The notes under the pieces: model-generated
What the model was told of the DNA's origin: nothing
The model's database searches: none
The model's input: the letters and a program-made list of their open reading frames with translations, nothing else
Source of the DNA: a virus
Lineage: Duplodnaviria; Heunggongvirae; Uroviricota; Caudoviricetes
IMG/VR virus record: IMGVR_UViG_2579778650_000023
DNA: 51,722 nt
Reading direction: 5' to 3' (one strand)
Shown here: one piece after another, positions 41,804 through 50,895 of the stretch
Layout of the letters: each line of letters starts with the position of its first letter
Position numbering within the stretch: position 1 is the stretch's first letter
Translations under genes and position numbers: made by a program

Positions 41804-43022
41804 TGGTTTTTCCCTCATCGTTTTTTGGGGGCTTAAAATCTCCTGCCGGGTTAGCAGCATTCACGCTTACCAGCATCTCGTCCAGCCCTTCAACCGGATT
41901 CATATCCTCGAATGCGCGGGCCTCATTACGGCTCATCCATCCATCGGTAATAGCGAAGTGATAGAATTGCGCGCGCTCCTGCGGAGTTCCGCGTAAAAGC
42001 CCCGTCAGATTGAACCTGACGTAATACCCGGCGGCTAACTCAGCGCGGGTAAACAAGCGACGGTTAAGCTCCTGCTCCCAGTTCGTCACCCACGGCATCA
42101 TCGTGTAGCGGACAAACTGAATCGCCTGCGCAGAAATATTGGAGAAGGTGGCTTTTTCGAGGTCATTAATCATGTGCGCAGGAATATTGAAAATACCGGC
42201 GATCATTGAACGGTTCAGCTTCATCATGTCAATGATCTGAGCGTCAACTGGCGACACAGTCAGTGCCTTGTAATCCAGATCGGCTGGCAGCAGCATGGTT
42301 TTGTTTTCCTGGCGGCGTAACGCCTGCGATGCCTTCTGCCACTGATCTTTAAGCCAGCCCCAGCTTTCCTTATTGAGTCCGCTTTTAACGGATACTATCC
42401 CCGCCGGACGGGCATTACCGCTGAAGAAGCTTTCTGTGTACTTCTGACCGCTCATCCCCATGCCTATTGTTTCGGCATGTTGCATAATCGGACTCAGCCC
42501 CATCTTCTGATTATTACCCAGCGCACGGATGTGGATCATATCGTCCGGACTGATCGCAAACGCCCCATATTCGTTGTACAAACCGTAGGTATATCGGCCA
42601 CCAGTATTCATCAGCGTCGTTTCCCACGGCATACAGCAATCCAGGGATATAACTTCACCGCGACGATTACGTTTCACCCAGGTATACCCATTCCCCCAGC
42701 CAAGGATGTGACGTTGCTTCAGTTCGCGCCATTTGTAGCTGGTTTGCCAGGTATTGGGCTCATCATGAACCAGATAAAACGCCGGATGATCGCGTGCGGG
42801 TTCAACCTTCCCCTTGTGCCTGCGCATAACATGCAACGGCATCTGGGCAAGGCTGGAAGACAGGACATAGATACAGGAATACACCGCAGCCAGTTTCATC
42901 GCAGTCTCAGGACTGACATAAACGTCTGCCCGGAACAGCCCATCAGTATCAACGGCATCACCGGTTATCGGGGTGGAAGGATTCTCCAGTGATTTACTTC
43001 TGAACAGAGCATCAAGCAGCAC
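41796..43022 (-). CDS. Portal protein (HK97 family), probable GTG start
   Basis: (V)LLDALFRSK...AMKLAAVYSCIYVLSS resembles the HK97 portal N-terminus (MGLLDRLFGRK...); GGGGGA Shine-Dalgarno before GTG 43022; the longer six-frame ORF would overlap the upstream small ORF. Confidence 0.8.
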   Translation of the reverse strand: MLLDALFRSKSLENPSTPITGDAVDTDGLFRADVYVSPETAMKLAAVYSCIYVLSSSLAQMPLHVMRRHKGKVEPARDHPAFYLVHDEPNTWQTSYKWRELKQRHILGWGNGYTWVKRNRRGEVISLDCCMPWETTLMNTGGRYTYGLYNEYGAFAISPDDMIHIRALGNNQKMGLSPIMQHAETIGMGMSGQKYTESFFSGNARPAGIVSVKSGLNKESWGWLKDQWQKASQALRRQENKTMLLPADLDYKALTVSPVDAQIIDMMKLNRSMIAGIFNIPAHMINDLEKATFSNISAQAIQFVRYTMMPWVTNWEQELNRRLFTRAELAAGYYVRFNLTGLLRGTPQERAQFYHFAITDGWMSRNEARAFEDMNPVEGLDEMLVSVNAANPAGDFKPPKNDEGKTNE

Positions 43023-43173
43023 GCGTCCCCCTTCTGGCCATAGCCAGTGCGCCCACCAGCAGTAAAGCACCGGACAAAATCAGAGCCGGAGCCATACCAA
43101 ACTGCAGGTAAACCCCGCACGTAAGCAGGCCAAAACCAGCCAGCCCGATAACATCAGCAATTAGTGATTTCAT
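43012..43173 (-). CDS. Small hydrophobic membrane protein (53 aa, two predicted TM segments) between the terminase and portal genes
   Basis: Own translation: [53 protein letters not shown]; ATG overlaps the terminase large subunit stop. Confidence 0.35.
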   Translation of the reverse strand: MKSLIADVIGLAGFGLLTCGVYLQFGMAPALILSGALLLVGALAMARRGTRAA

Positions 43174-44903
43174 AGAATTAAGAGATCATCGTCCGGATCA
43201 AGAGATGAGAGGAAATCGTCAGGTTCTTTGAGCATTGCCCGACCGATCGTCATAATCAGTGCAACCGCACCATCGATTTTGTTTTCCGCCTGCTCCTTGA
43301 CGGGCTTCACTAAATCATCGTTACCTGGCATGTTTTTGCCGACCACATTGCCGATACACCAGGTCATGATGGGATTGCCGTCATGATGAAAGCGTCCCGA
43401 TTCAATCGCTGCTTCCAGCTCTTTCATCGGATCGGACATATTGGCGAAGTTCTGGACGATAGTGACGGGATTCAGATCTTCATCAGCAAGGTCATGTGAC
43501 AGCCCGGTCGCCCCGAAGGGGTCGATGGGTGACTCACTGACCGGGCTGATTTTGTTCGCCGCTTTGGCCTCCTCGAGGATGTAGCGATAATCCACCTCTG
43601 CACCATCGGTAACGGTCAGGACGCCCATTTCCACCCATTTCTGAAAGCGTTCGGCTGTCCGTCTATCTTCATTTTTCTCGACGCTGTACACCGTGTCATA
43701 CGGTACCCAGAAGCGCGGGGCCACACTGTAGTAATGCGTTTTACCGTCAATCTCGCGGGTATAAAGTCGCGCCATGCTGTTCATATCCAGCTTACGCGCC
43801 AGGTCAAAGGCCAGAATGCACGGCTGCCCCTCGAACTGCTCAAGGGTCAGTGATTTATCCTCGCAGCTCTGCCAGCTCACCAGGTTGAAATACGCCGAAC
43901 GCGCCGACACCCAGATATTGAGGTGTTTTGTTTTAAAGACGTTTGCCAGACGGGCGTTATTTTTCGCACGCTGCTGCTGACTTAACAAAAATTCGCGATA
44001 AACCGACACGCCAATATTTGGATTGGCTTTTTCCAGCACCTGCGGGTCGGTCCAGTCGTCACCTTCATCAACGGTATAGATGATCCCGAACAGTTCATCG
44101 TTAGGCACCGAGCCGTTGAGCATCTCGATGACTTCCCGCCGCTTGTCGTAGCACGGCCCCTCAATGTTGTACCCGGCGGTGGTGATGGCCCACATCAGTG
44201 GCTGACGTCGCGCCCCCATCCCGGTAAGCATTGTGGTATAAAGCGCATCGGTGGCATGCTCGTGATATTCATCAACCACGGCACAGTGGGGTGATGAACC
44301 ATCACCTGGGTTGCCGATCAGCGGTTCAAACCGCGCGCCATCCTCCGGACGGTTCATGTTTGAGGCGTTAACCTCAATCCCGAACGCTTCCGTCAGCATG
44401 GGGGTGCGTTTACACATCAGTCGCGCCGGGCGAAAGACTTCCCACGCCTGTTTCTCTGTCGTGGCACCGGAATACACTTCCGCGCCGAACTCGTTATCAC
44501 AGGCAAAACAATACAGGGCAACACCGGCAGAGATTGCCGATTTGCCGTTCTTACGGGGGATTTCGGTATACACCTCCCGGAAGCGGCGCAGCCGGGACCC
44601 TTTATTGACCCAGCCAAACGCACAGCAGACCACAAATAGCTGCCACGGCTCCAGCGTGATGGGCATCCTCTTGAATGCCCACTCACCCTTGGTGTGCGGC
44701 AACAGCTGAATAAATTTGGCGGCCCGTTCAGCCAGGTCCTTGTCGAAGCGGTAACGAAACGACTTACTTTTTTCCGCCATCAGGTCATCAAGATGGCGCT
44801 GGCAGGCCTGAATCACAAACTGGCAGGCCACAATCTTTCCGCGCACGACATCACGGGCATACTGATTGGCAGCATTTACGTTGGGGTAAGATTTCCGGCT
44901 CAT
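43170..44903 (-). CDS. Terminase large subunit (577 aa)
   Basis: Terminase_1-type ATPase with an RNaseH-like nuclease C-terminal domain; follows the small subunit with overlapping stop/start. Confidence 0.9.
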   Translation of the reverse strand: MSRKSYPNVNAANQYARDVVRGKIVACQFVIQACQRHLDDLMAEKSKSFRYRFDKDLAERAAKFIQLLPHTKGEWAFKRMPITLEPWQLFVVCCAFGWVNKGSRLRRFREVYTEIPRKNGKSAISAGVALYCFACDNEFGAEVYSGATTEKQAWEVFRPARLMCKRTPMLTEAFGIEVNASNMNRPEDGARFEPLIGNPGDGSSPHCAVVDEYHEHATDALYTTMLTGMGARRQPLMWAITTAGYNIEGPCYDKRREVIEMLNGSVPNDELFGIIYTVDEGDDWTDPQVLEKANPNIGVSVYREFLLSQQQRAKNNARLANVFKTKHLNIWVSARSAYFNLVSWQSCEDKSLTLEQFEGQPCILAFDLARKLDMNSMARLYTREIDGKTHYYSVAPRFWVPYDTVYSVEKNEDRRTAERFQKWVEMGVLTVTDGAEVDYRYILEEAKAANKISPVSESPIDPFGATGLSHDLADEDLNPVTIVQNFANMSDPMKELEAAIESGRFHHDGNPIMTWCIGNVVGKNMPGNDDLVKPVKEQAENKIDGAVALIMTIGRAMLKEPDDFLSSLDPDDDLLIL

Positions 44904-45403
44904 GATTCGATAATTTTCAGAAACGGGTTAGTGGCTTTCTTCTTCCCCGCCAGGCCAATCAGACGCTGGCGGCTGCTGGGGTCGAGTCCGAGCATTGCCC
45001 CCGTACTGCTCATCTCGGACTCCTGTTCTTTTTTGGCAGTCAGCTCCGGATTTTTGACCCTGCCGCCCATTGCACCGGTGATGGTGTTGCCCTGTCTGGC
45101 AATATTTTTCACGGCACGTCGCCAGAACTCGTAGGCCACGCACCACCGCTCAAGCACCGCAAGGTCAGTCACGCACAGCAGGCCCTGACCGCAGAGTTCT
45201 TTAGTTGTCAGTTGCCACATGATCGTAGCGAGAGGGAGATCTTCTTCAGCGAACCACTCCGGTGGCTCAACACCTTTGATGGGCGTAAAAACAGGTTCAT
45301 CTTTATTCAGGGCTCGCTTGCCGGGGTTTCCGGCCAGCGCCTTGCGCGCCGTTGGCTTGGGGCGACGCCCGGAACGCCCCGCCGTTCCAGCCATATGCGG
45401 CAC
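44900..45403 (-). CDS. Terminase small subunit (P27 family-like, 167 aa)
   Basis: Basic N-terminus ([22 protein letters not shown]), immediately upstream of the large subunit. Confidence 0.75.
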   Translation of the reverse strand: MPHMAGTAGRSGRRPKPTARKALAGNPGKRALNKDEPVFTPIKGVEPPEWFAEEDLPLATIMWQLTTKELCGQGLLCVTDLAVLERWCVAYEFWRRAVKNIARQGNTITGAMGGRVKNPELTAKKEQESEMSSTGAMLGLDPSSRQRLIGLAGKKKATNPFLKIIES

Positions 45404-45519
45404 TCCTGGTTAAATTTCATTTTTCGCGGGTATAAAAAAACGATGGGGCGGGCAGTCCGGAAGACGTCAGGTCACAGGGATTTGACCCGCCCCTCCCCTC
45501 AGACAGTTGAGAATTATTA
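45404..45519. other. Candidate cos/packaging-site region between the HNH and terminase small subunit genes
   Basis: Intergenic; inverted repeat GGGGCGGG (45444-45451) / CCCGCCCC (45486-45493); in HK97-like phages cos lies between the HNH gene and terS. Confidence 0.35.
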
Positions 45520-45870
45520 TCACTTTAACCGTTCACGGGCCGTCTTCGCCTTATGGCAGGGCCAGCACAGACTCTGCAGATTACTGTCGGCATCAGTGCC
45601 GCCATGCGCTTTAGGAATGATGTGGTCAACGGTTTTCGCCTCACGCACCACACCAGCACGCAGACATAACTGACACAGGCCTTTGTCACGCTTCAATATG
45701 CGCACGCGGATACTGTCCCACTTCGAACCGTAGCCGCGCTGATGACGGGATTGTCCAGGTTTGTATTGCTTCCAGCCTTCGCTTTTGTGGCTTTCACAAT
45801 AGCCTGACGGATCTGTGGTGGTATGGCGGCAACCGCGAACACGGCAGGCTTTTGGGATTCGTGGCGGCAT
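45520..45870 (-). CDS. HNH endonuclease (packaging-associated, 116 aa)
   Basis: Cys-rich zinc-finger pairs (CRVRGCRH..., CQLCLR...) and H-N-H core (VDHIIPKAHGGTDADSNLQSLCWPCH); adjacent to the terminase genes. Confidence 0.85.
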   Translation of the reverse strand: MPPRIPKACRVRGCRHTTTDPSGYCESHKSEGWKQYKPGQSRHQRGYGSKWDSIRVRILKRDKGLCQLCLRAGVVREAKTVDHIIPKAHGGTDADSNLQSLCWPCHKAKTARERLK

Positions 45871-46185
45871 ATGTACTAATCTCCGATTTATCCAAATTTC
45901 ATTGCCATAATGCCGACATTCTCTGCCATTATTGGCTCCGTTTATCCGTTAAAATGGATATCAGTTAAGTTATCCCGTGCAGGGTATAAGCCATTGTCGA
46001 GACCACTCATTGAATGGCCTCTGCAATAACCGATGTCTTTCCATCAGTCCGCCACCACAAAGAATCTTTTTTGCCATAAGGCTGGAGGTTCATCTTTCAG
46101 TGGCTGCCAGTGTTATTTCCCCACTTACTGGCTTGGGTTGTTTCGCTGTACTGCCGTAATGCAAAAACTGGATTAACCTGCGAAA

Positions 46186-46716
46186 TCACACCATTCCGGG
46201 CAAATACATTTGCACTTCATTTGCCGCTCTCTCACGTGCAACATGAAGCAATCTTTTTCGCCCACCAACGCCCCACTTAGCCATTTGGCTTGCGCACTGG
46301 CTTATCGCTTTGGTTTCAGTATTGATGATGTGATCGATTCTATTCAGACGGGACATTGCGCCAACGCCGAGACGGACAACCGTTTTGAAAACTTCATAAA
46401 CTTCGATTTCAAATTCCGGCTTAATCCATGCTGCATATCTGATTGCCAGAAGTTCAACACCCCACACACCTGGTTCTGCACCACCTTTGATTATTTTAAG
46501 TGGCTGAATTTGTTCCAAAGTGCTTTTTTGCACTTTGGCCTCCAGTGCTTTTATGAAGCGTTTTATCTGCGCGCTACGCAAAAACTGGCTTGGGCGCTGT
46601 TGCTCTGTAGCCTCTCCATTTGCAACTGCTGCTGCATGGAGATCGTTTAAGTTGTAGCGTCCATCCTCATCAACACGAACGGACACACCATTGACAATAA
46701 CTGTTGGGTACTTCAT
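46186..46716 (-). CDS. KilA-N domain protein (176 aa)
   Basis: N-terminal VIVNGVSVRVDEDGRYNLNDLHAAAVANG, typical of the KilA-N DNA-binding domain; paralogous N-terminus to the ORF at 50896-51705. Confidence 0.65.
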   Translation of the reverse strand: MKYPTVIVNGVSVRVDEDGRYNLNDLHAAAVANGEATEQQRPSQFLRSAQIKRFIKALEAKVQKSTLEQIQPLKIIKGGAEPGVWGVELLAIRYAAWIKPEFEIEVYEVFKTVVRLGVGAMSRLNRIDHIINTETKAISQCASQMAKWGVGGRKRLLHVARERAANEVQMYLPGMV

Positions 46717-46863
46717 CAGTAATTACCTTTTAGTGATGAACCTTGTCACACAGGATTCCGGCCCACAGAAAGGTACCGATCACCAAACCGGCATCCTCAA
46801 GGGTCATCCTGAAAGGTTCTGTGTTCATAAGTCGCGCGTGTGAAGCGCGTTTACTGCGGACAT

Positions 46864-46888
46864 AAAAAAGCCCCGCATCGCGAGGCTC
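46864..46888 (-). terminator. Rho-independent terminator after the lysis cassette
   Basis: Minus strand GCCTCGC-gat-GCGGGGC (one G-U pair) followed by TTTTTTATG. Confidence 0.6.
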
Positions 46889-46918
46889 ATTAAATGGACT
46901 TTGTGATTTGCAAAAAAA

Positions 46919-47380
46919 TTATTTCAGGCACTGAGCCCTGATGTACTCCTGCAGGTAGTTAACCTGCGCGGTTATCCTGTCTATTCCACTTCGGAGACGG
47001 TAATAATTGAGTTCAGCATCTGCTGTAAGTCTTGGGCTTTCTCCATCGCCCATGCTGCTGGCTCCGGTCGTTGACTTTGCACAGGTGGCGGAGACTTGCA
47101 GGCGCTTACGACCAGCAGAAACATCAGCACGGAGACTTTCGATAGTGGCGTTAGCATCAGCAAGCTCCTTTGTATATCTGGCATCGAGTTCTGCTACGTC
47201 ACGTTGACGCTTCTGCATATCAGAGATCGTCGCCATAGCCGAATCTAATGCCATAGCGTTTTCATCGCGCTGTTTTTTGTATTCAATGGCTTTATTGTGG
47301 TAATGATTAGCTGACCAGACAAGACCACCAGCAATACAAGCAATAAACGTTAAAATGAGCGCCCAATAACTCGTCTTCAT
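46919..47380 (-). CDS. Spanin, inner-membrane subunit (Rz-like, 153 aa)
   Basis: N-terminal TM segment (YWALILTFIACIAGGLVW), coiled-coil periplasmic domain; directly downstream of the endolysin gene. Confidence 0.8.
   Translation of the reverse strand: MKTSYWALILTFIACIAGGLVWSANHYHNKAIEYKKQRDENAMALDSAMATISDMQKRQRDVAELDARYTKELADANATIESLRADVSAGRKRLQVSATCAKSTTGASSMGDGESPRLTADAELNYYRLRSGIDRITAQVNYLQEYIRAQCLK
46981..47157 (-). CDS. Spanin, outer-membrane lipoprotein subunit (Rz1-like, about 58 aa) embedded out of frame within Rz
   Basis: MLTPLSKVSVLMFLLVVSAC lipoprotein signal with VSAC lipobox, then a Pro-rich mature part (KSPPPVQSQRPEPAAWAM...) resembling lambda Rz1. Confidence 0.65.
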   Translation of the reverse strand: MLTPLSKVSVLMFLLVVSACKSPPPVQSQRPEPAAWAMEKAQDLQQMLNSIITVSEVE

Positions 47381-47991
47381 ACCAGCAGCGCCGCCCGCGC
47401 CTTGTTGTATCGAATCTTACGATCCTCAATACCGTTCAGACCGCCGTTAATGATGCGCGTAACACGATTAATATCGGCACCGTAGACCATGCAGCCTTTA
47501 GATGTGTAGAACCATGCAGCTGAGCGCGCGGCCTGTAGATCCTGCTCCAGTTGTTCAGGTGAAGTCACCAGATCTAACTTCAGCGCCGCGCCACAGATGC
47601 GATAATTATGGAGGCCAGTGATTTGAATTAATCCTCTACCGCGATATTTCCAGCCATCACCGGGTGCTTTGTTACCCAGCCGGTTGCTATACACAAGATT
47701 GGCAATAGCATCCTGACGAGCTGCATGTCCGGATGTTCTGCCAAGGGCATCAGCCTGCTGCTGTGTGATCCTCTTTCCGAACGTCGCCACAAGCGCAGAT
47801 GGTGTGTAGTTAAAATTTTCAACTACGGCGCTAAACCCCATCGACTCATGGCCTACCTGAGCAATAAACATTGCCTGATCCGCTGGTGCTGTAATGCCGA
47901 ATTCCTTCATCGCCGCATCAATGTGCGGAAACCAGCGCGCAGCCAGCCCGGCGCTAATACCAGCCGCCTTTTGAAATAATTGTTGGTTCAT
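47377..47991 (-). CDS. Endolysin, glycoside hydrolase family 19 (chitinase-like lysozyme, 204 aa)
   Basis: GH19-type motifs (FIAQVGHES, KYRGRGLIQITGLHNY); in the lysis cassette. Confidence 0.8.
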   Translation of the reverse strand: MNQQLFQKAAGISAGLAARWFPHIDAAMKEFGITAPADQAMFIAQVGHESMGFSAVVENFNYTPSALVATFGKRITQQQADALGRTSGHAARQDAIANLVYSNRLGNKAPGDGWKYRGRGLIQITGLHNYRICGAALKLDLVTSPEQLEQDLQAARSAAWFYTSKGCMVYGADINRVTRIINGGLNGIEDRKIRYNKARAALLV

Positions 47992-48272
47992 TAGTGCCTC
48001 AGATGATCAACCAGACGTGCAACGTTGCCTCTGACGGCCACCAGCACGGAAAGAAAAATAGTGTTCGCCACGATAATGGGCCATGAGGAATGAGGATAAA
48101 TCCCACAGAGATAGGCCAACGGAACAGCACTGTATGTAACAGTAATCAGCCAGGCTAAACGTGAAACCCAAGGACGATGCCGCGAATCACCACGACGATA
48201 AAACATCAGAGTAATAACAACACAAGCACATAACAGCGCATTTATAGTTGCTGTCGGGTCATTTAGCTCCAC
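47991..48272 (-). CDS. Membrane protein, putative holin/antiholin (93 aa)
   Basis: Multiple hydrophobic segments; immediately upstream of the endolysin. Confidence 0.55.
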   Translation of the reverse strand: MELNDPTATINALLCACVVITLMFYRRGDSRHRPWVSRLAWLITVTYSAVPLAYLCGIYPHSSWPIIVANTIFLSVLVAVRGNVARLVDHLRH

Positions 48273-48645
48273 CTGAACCTCCCCGGCGCGTTATGAGCGC
48301 CACCAGCGAGCCGATATCCTGATTATTCAGGAACGTCAGGATTTTAACGGCTAAAGCAGAGACGATTACGGCACCAATAGCATCCAGAGGTTTATCACTG
48401 TATCCGGTCAAGTTCGCCAGCTTGGAGCCAACCAACCCAGAGCAAAGAATCCCGGCAATATATGACACGATAAAATATGCCAGTCGGCGCGATGCACTCA
48501 GATCTGCTGCTGTTGCTATGTAGAATACAGCCCCTGCAAATGCGCCAAATACAACGCCGTAATCAGTTCCGGTCAGCAGTCCATAAACACTGGCACCCGT
48601 CAGGGCACCACCAGCCAGCCCAGTACCGGAAATCGGATCGGACAT
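48259..48645 (-). CDS. Putative holin (LydA-like, 128 aa)
   Basis: Gly/Ala-rich multi-TM protein; first gene of the lysis cassette. Confidence 0.55.
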   Translation of the reverse strand: MSDPISGTGLAGGALTGASVYGLLTGTDYGVVFGAFAGAVFYIATAADLSASRRLAYFIVSYIAGILCSGLVGSKLANLTGYSDKPLDAIGAVIVSALAVKILTFLNNQDIGSLVALITRRGGSGGAK

Positions 48646-48736
48646 TTAGCCCCCTCTTAATTGCTGTTGGTCCTCTCAGATATGAGGGGAAGGGATCTTA
48701 ATGACAGTCTGTTTATTATTTCAGTCAAATACTACC

Positions 48737-48984
48737 CTATTGATGATTTCTCAGAAGCGAACTTGACTCCCAAGGGAAACTCAACTTTCCGTTAAAACCA
48801 CCAGCAGACATTCGTTCAATTTCCACAGAAATATCACTGAGCCGTTCTTCAAGCTCTGCTTTTTCTTTTACCAGACGGTTATAGCGGCTTAGATGAAGCT
48901 TTTGCTGCTCCAGCCAGTCTTCAAGCTGTTCAACAGTCATACCAGGGTTAAAAAAATATGGCTGCTGCTTTTCGCCCTGCATTA
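48737..48984 (-). CDS. Small late-region protein (about 81 aa), function unknown
   Basis: GGAGG Shine-Dalgarno before ATG 48984 (MQGEKQQPYFF...); the upstream part of the 104-aa six-frame ORF overlaps a terminator hairpin. Confidence 0.5.
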
Positions 48985-48994
48985 TTGACCTCCA

Positions 48995-49022
48995 GAAAAG
49001 CAAAAACCCCGCCGAAGCGAGG
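48995..49022 (-). terminator. Candidate tR'-like terminator (target for Q antitermination) between Q and the late genes
   Basis: Minus strand CCTCGC-TTCG-GCGGGG hairpin (UUCG tetraloop) followed by TTTTTGCTTTTC. Confidence 0.55.
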
Positions 49023-49072
49023 TTTGTTATGATTTCGTTAACGGCAGACATGCAAAGCCCATCGTTAGGAGA

Positions 49073-49101
49073 ATCCTAACCAGATTTTTTGAAAAATGCA
49101 A
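49073..49101 (-). promoter_or_regulatory. Candidate late promoter pR' (-35 TTGCAT, 17-nt spacer, -10 TAGGAT), presumably overlapping qut
   Basis: Sigma70-like hexamers on the minus strand, 30-60 nt downstream of the Q stop and about 50-70 nt upstream of the terminator hairpin. Confidence 0.4.
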
Positions 49102-49132
49102 GAATCATGTCGCCATCTTCGGCGAAAATCAT

Positions 49133-49885
49133 TTATCTCGTCACTTTTCTTAATTGCGCCTCAGCATATGCTTCTTCCTGCCAGCACTTTGTCACCAGTT
49201 TATCAATGACATCTGCATATCCTTTGTACCACTGATAATCCGTCAGGTCTGGTACCAGCTTCTGGACATGATGCCGCGCCAGTGTGGTTGGCAAACGGCT
49301 AAACCGGTTTCCATTGCAACGCCCACAAATCTTATAAACAGGCGTGCCATGAAGCCGGGTTCTTTTTTCATCCAGGACAATACCTTTACCCTTACACCCT
49401 CTGCACGCTGTGCTGACTTCTCCCTTACCATGACAATGCTGACATAGTTCCTTCACCCACTCTTCCTTGATAACAGATTCCCCGCTTCTGGAGTGTTTCA
49501 CCACTTCGCGCAATACATTATGAAATCCAGTACCAGCACAATGCTCACAGCGAGCCTTACTTGCCGCAGACCTGGAATAATCAGCAAAGGCAAAATTCAC
49601 AAGGTAAGGGATGAGCTGTAACCGGGTTTCTTCACTCAATTTATTCAATGTCGGATTATCCAGTGCCATCGCGTAATTGAGCAGACCTTCAATCGCAAAC
49701 TGAGGATCCTGAACACCAACTTTTGCCAGGAATAAGGCAAATCCAAGCGGTGCTTTCGACTGCACCATCCCCTGCGCAGCCATCACATCCGTAATCGTTA
49801 AACCACCCGAGCCTGTCGCCGGTGCGTCATCGCTCAGTTTTGGAGATTTTGGGGAGTAATATTTTGGTAAGGCTTCAAGGTTCAT
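49133..49885 (-). CDS. Late-gene antitermination protein Q (lambdoid Q family, 250 aa)
   Basis: Cys-rich zinc-binding region (CEHCAGTG...CQHCHGKGE...CRGCKGKG...CGRCNG) typical of Q antiterminators; located just upstream of the lysis genes. Confidence 0.75.
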   Translation of the reverse strand: MNLEALPKYYSPKSPKLSDDAPATGSGGLTITDVMAAQGMVQSKAPLGFALFLAKVGVQDPQFAIEGLLNYAMALDNPTLNKLSEETRLQLIPYLVNFAFADYSRSAASKARCEHCAGTGFHNVLREVVKHSRSGESVIKEEWVKELCQHCHGKGEVSTACRGCKGKGIVLDEKRTRLHGTPVYKICGRCNGNRFSRLPTTLARHHVQKLVPDLTDYQWYKGYADVIDKLVTKCWQEEAYAEAQLRKVTR

Positions 49886-49898
49886 GCTCGTTCTCCAC

Positions 49899-50894
49899 TT
49901 ACGCCAGTACGCCTATTGCCAGCGCACGATCGATAAAACGAAATATCAGCTCCAGCTGGGAGCCATACTTCTCTTCAAATGCCACGGTATCCGCATGCAG
50001 CTCGTCGTGATGCTTTCTGCACAAAGGCAACACAAAGAGGTCATGCGCTTTTGTACCCATTCCCCCCTGACCGTGGCCTATCAGGTGGTGAGGATCATCA
50101 GCAGGCTTTCCACAACATGCGCACGGCTGTGTCTTAACCCAGCGCGTGTACTTTTCATTAACCCAGCGGCGACGTTTTGGGCGTAACATAAAAGACTCCG
50201 GCGACTCCGGATCCACTTTCAGCGCCAGCACCTTTTTCGCCTTATCCTGGATGATGCTGGTGGCAGGAACCGAAGGCACAAGGTCACTTTCCCGGGTGAC
50301 AGACGGCACAACAGGATTCGGTAATCTCAGTGCCTTACGGGCTGCGCTTTCCGGTAAGGCATCCGCCAGATCATTACGAACCAGCCACCAGCACAGTTCC
50401 GGCATTGTCACAACGTGACTGTCATCAAAACCGAGATCCCGACGCACAACAGACAACACCCAGCGGGCACAGTTATCCGTTGCCATTGATTCCAGCCGTT
50501 CCGTGAACTGATCGCGCAGCTGGTTATCGCAGTGCCAGCACAGACGGATTGCGCCCGGCGCGTGTCGCATTGTTGTCATGTTCTCGCTGTGCCAGTCGGA
50601 ATGAGGCCACTGGCAGCCTTTTTCACGAAGTAACCAGCTTTCAAGACATTCCACGCCACCAGCACGACGGATCACTGCCTCATTGCGGAACACGGCCCGA
50701 ACGGCAGGATCATCTGCCAGCGGTTGTGATGCCGCCGGTACGGCACCACTGGCGAAAGATGAATAACGTTCCGGCTCAGGCTCCAGCAGGACACGCCCCT
50801 GCATAAACAGGGGCATCAGCTCTGAACCTGGTCTGAACAATACGATCCCCATACGCGGGGCAATTTCAGGGGTCAGTAGTGCTCTCACGGTCAC
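49899..50894 (-). CDS. DUF968 domain phage protein (331 aa)
   Basis: C-terminal ...KTQPCACCGKPADDPHHLIGHGQGGMGTKAHDLFVLPLCRKHHDELH, typical of DUF968 proteins of lambdoid prophages. Confidence 0.65.
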   Translation of the reverse strand: MTVRALLTPEIAPRMGIVLFRPGSELMPLFMQGRVLLEPEPERYSSFASGAVPAASQPLADDPAVRAVFRNEAVIRRAGGVECLESWLLREKGCQWPHSDWHSENMTTMRHAPGAIRLCWHCDNQLRDQFTERLESMATDNCARWVLSVVRRDLGFDDSHVVTMPELCWWLVRNDLADALPESAARKALRLPNPVVPSVTRESDLVPSVPATSIIQDKAKKVLALKVDPESPESFMLRPKRRRWVNEKYTRWVKTQPCACCGKPADDPHHLIGHGQGGMGTKAHDLFVLPLCRKHHDELHADTVAFEEKYGSQLELIFRFIDRALAIGVLA

Positions 50895-50895
50895 C

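Noticed and set aside
43023-43070. N-terminal extension of the portal ORF
   Set aside because: It overlaps the small hydrophobic ORF and lacks a ribosome-binding site; the GTG at 43022 with a GGGGGA Shine-Dalgarno matches the conserved portal N-terminus.
45977-46159. 60-aa plus-strand ORF in the HNH to KilA-N intergenic region
   Set aside because: No ribosome-binding site, low-complexity translation, opposite to the uniformly minus-strand phage operons.
48985-49051. N-terminal 22 codons of the 104-aa six-frame ORF
   Set aside because: They overlap a strong hairpin plus T tract (candidate tR'), and an internal ATG at 48984 has a GGAGG Shine-Dalgarno; the shorter gene is more plausible.
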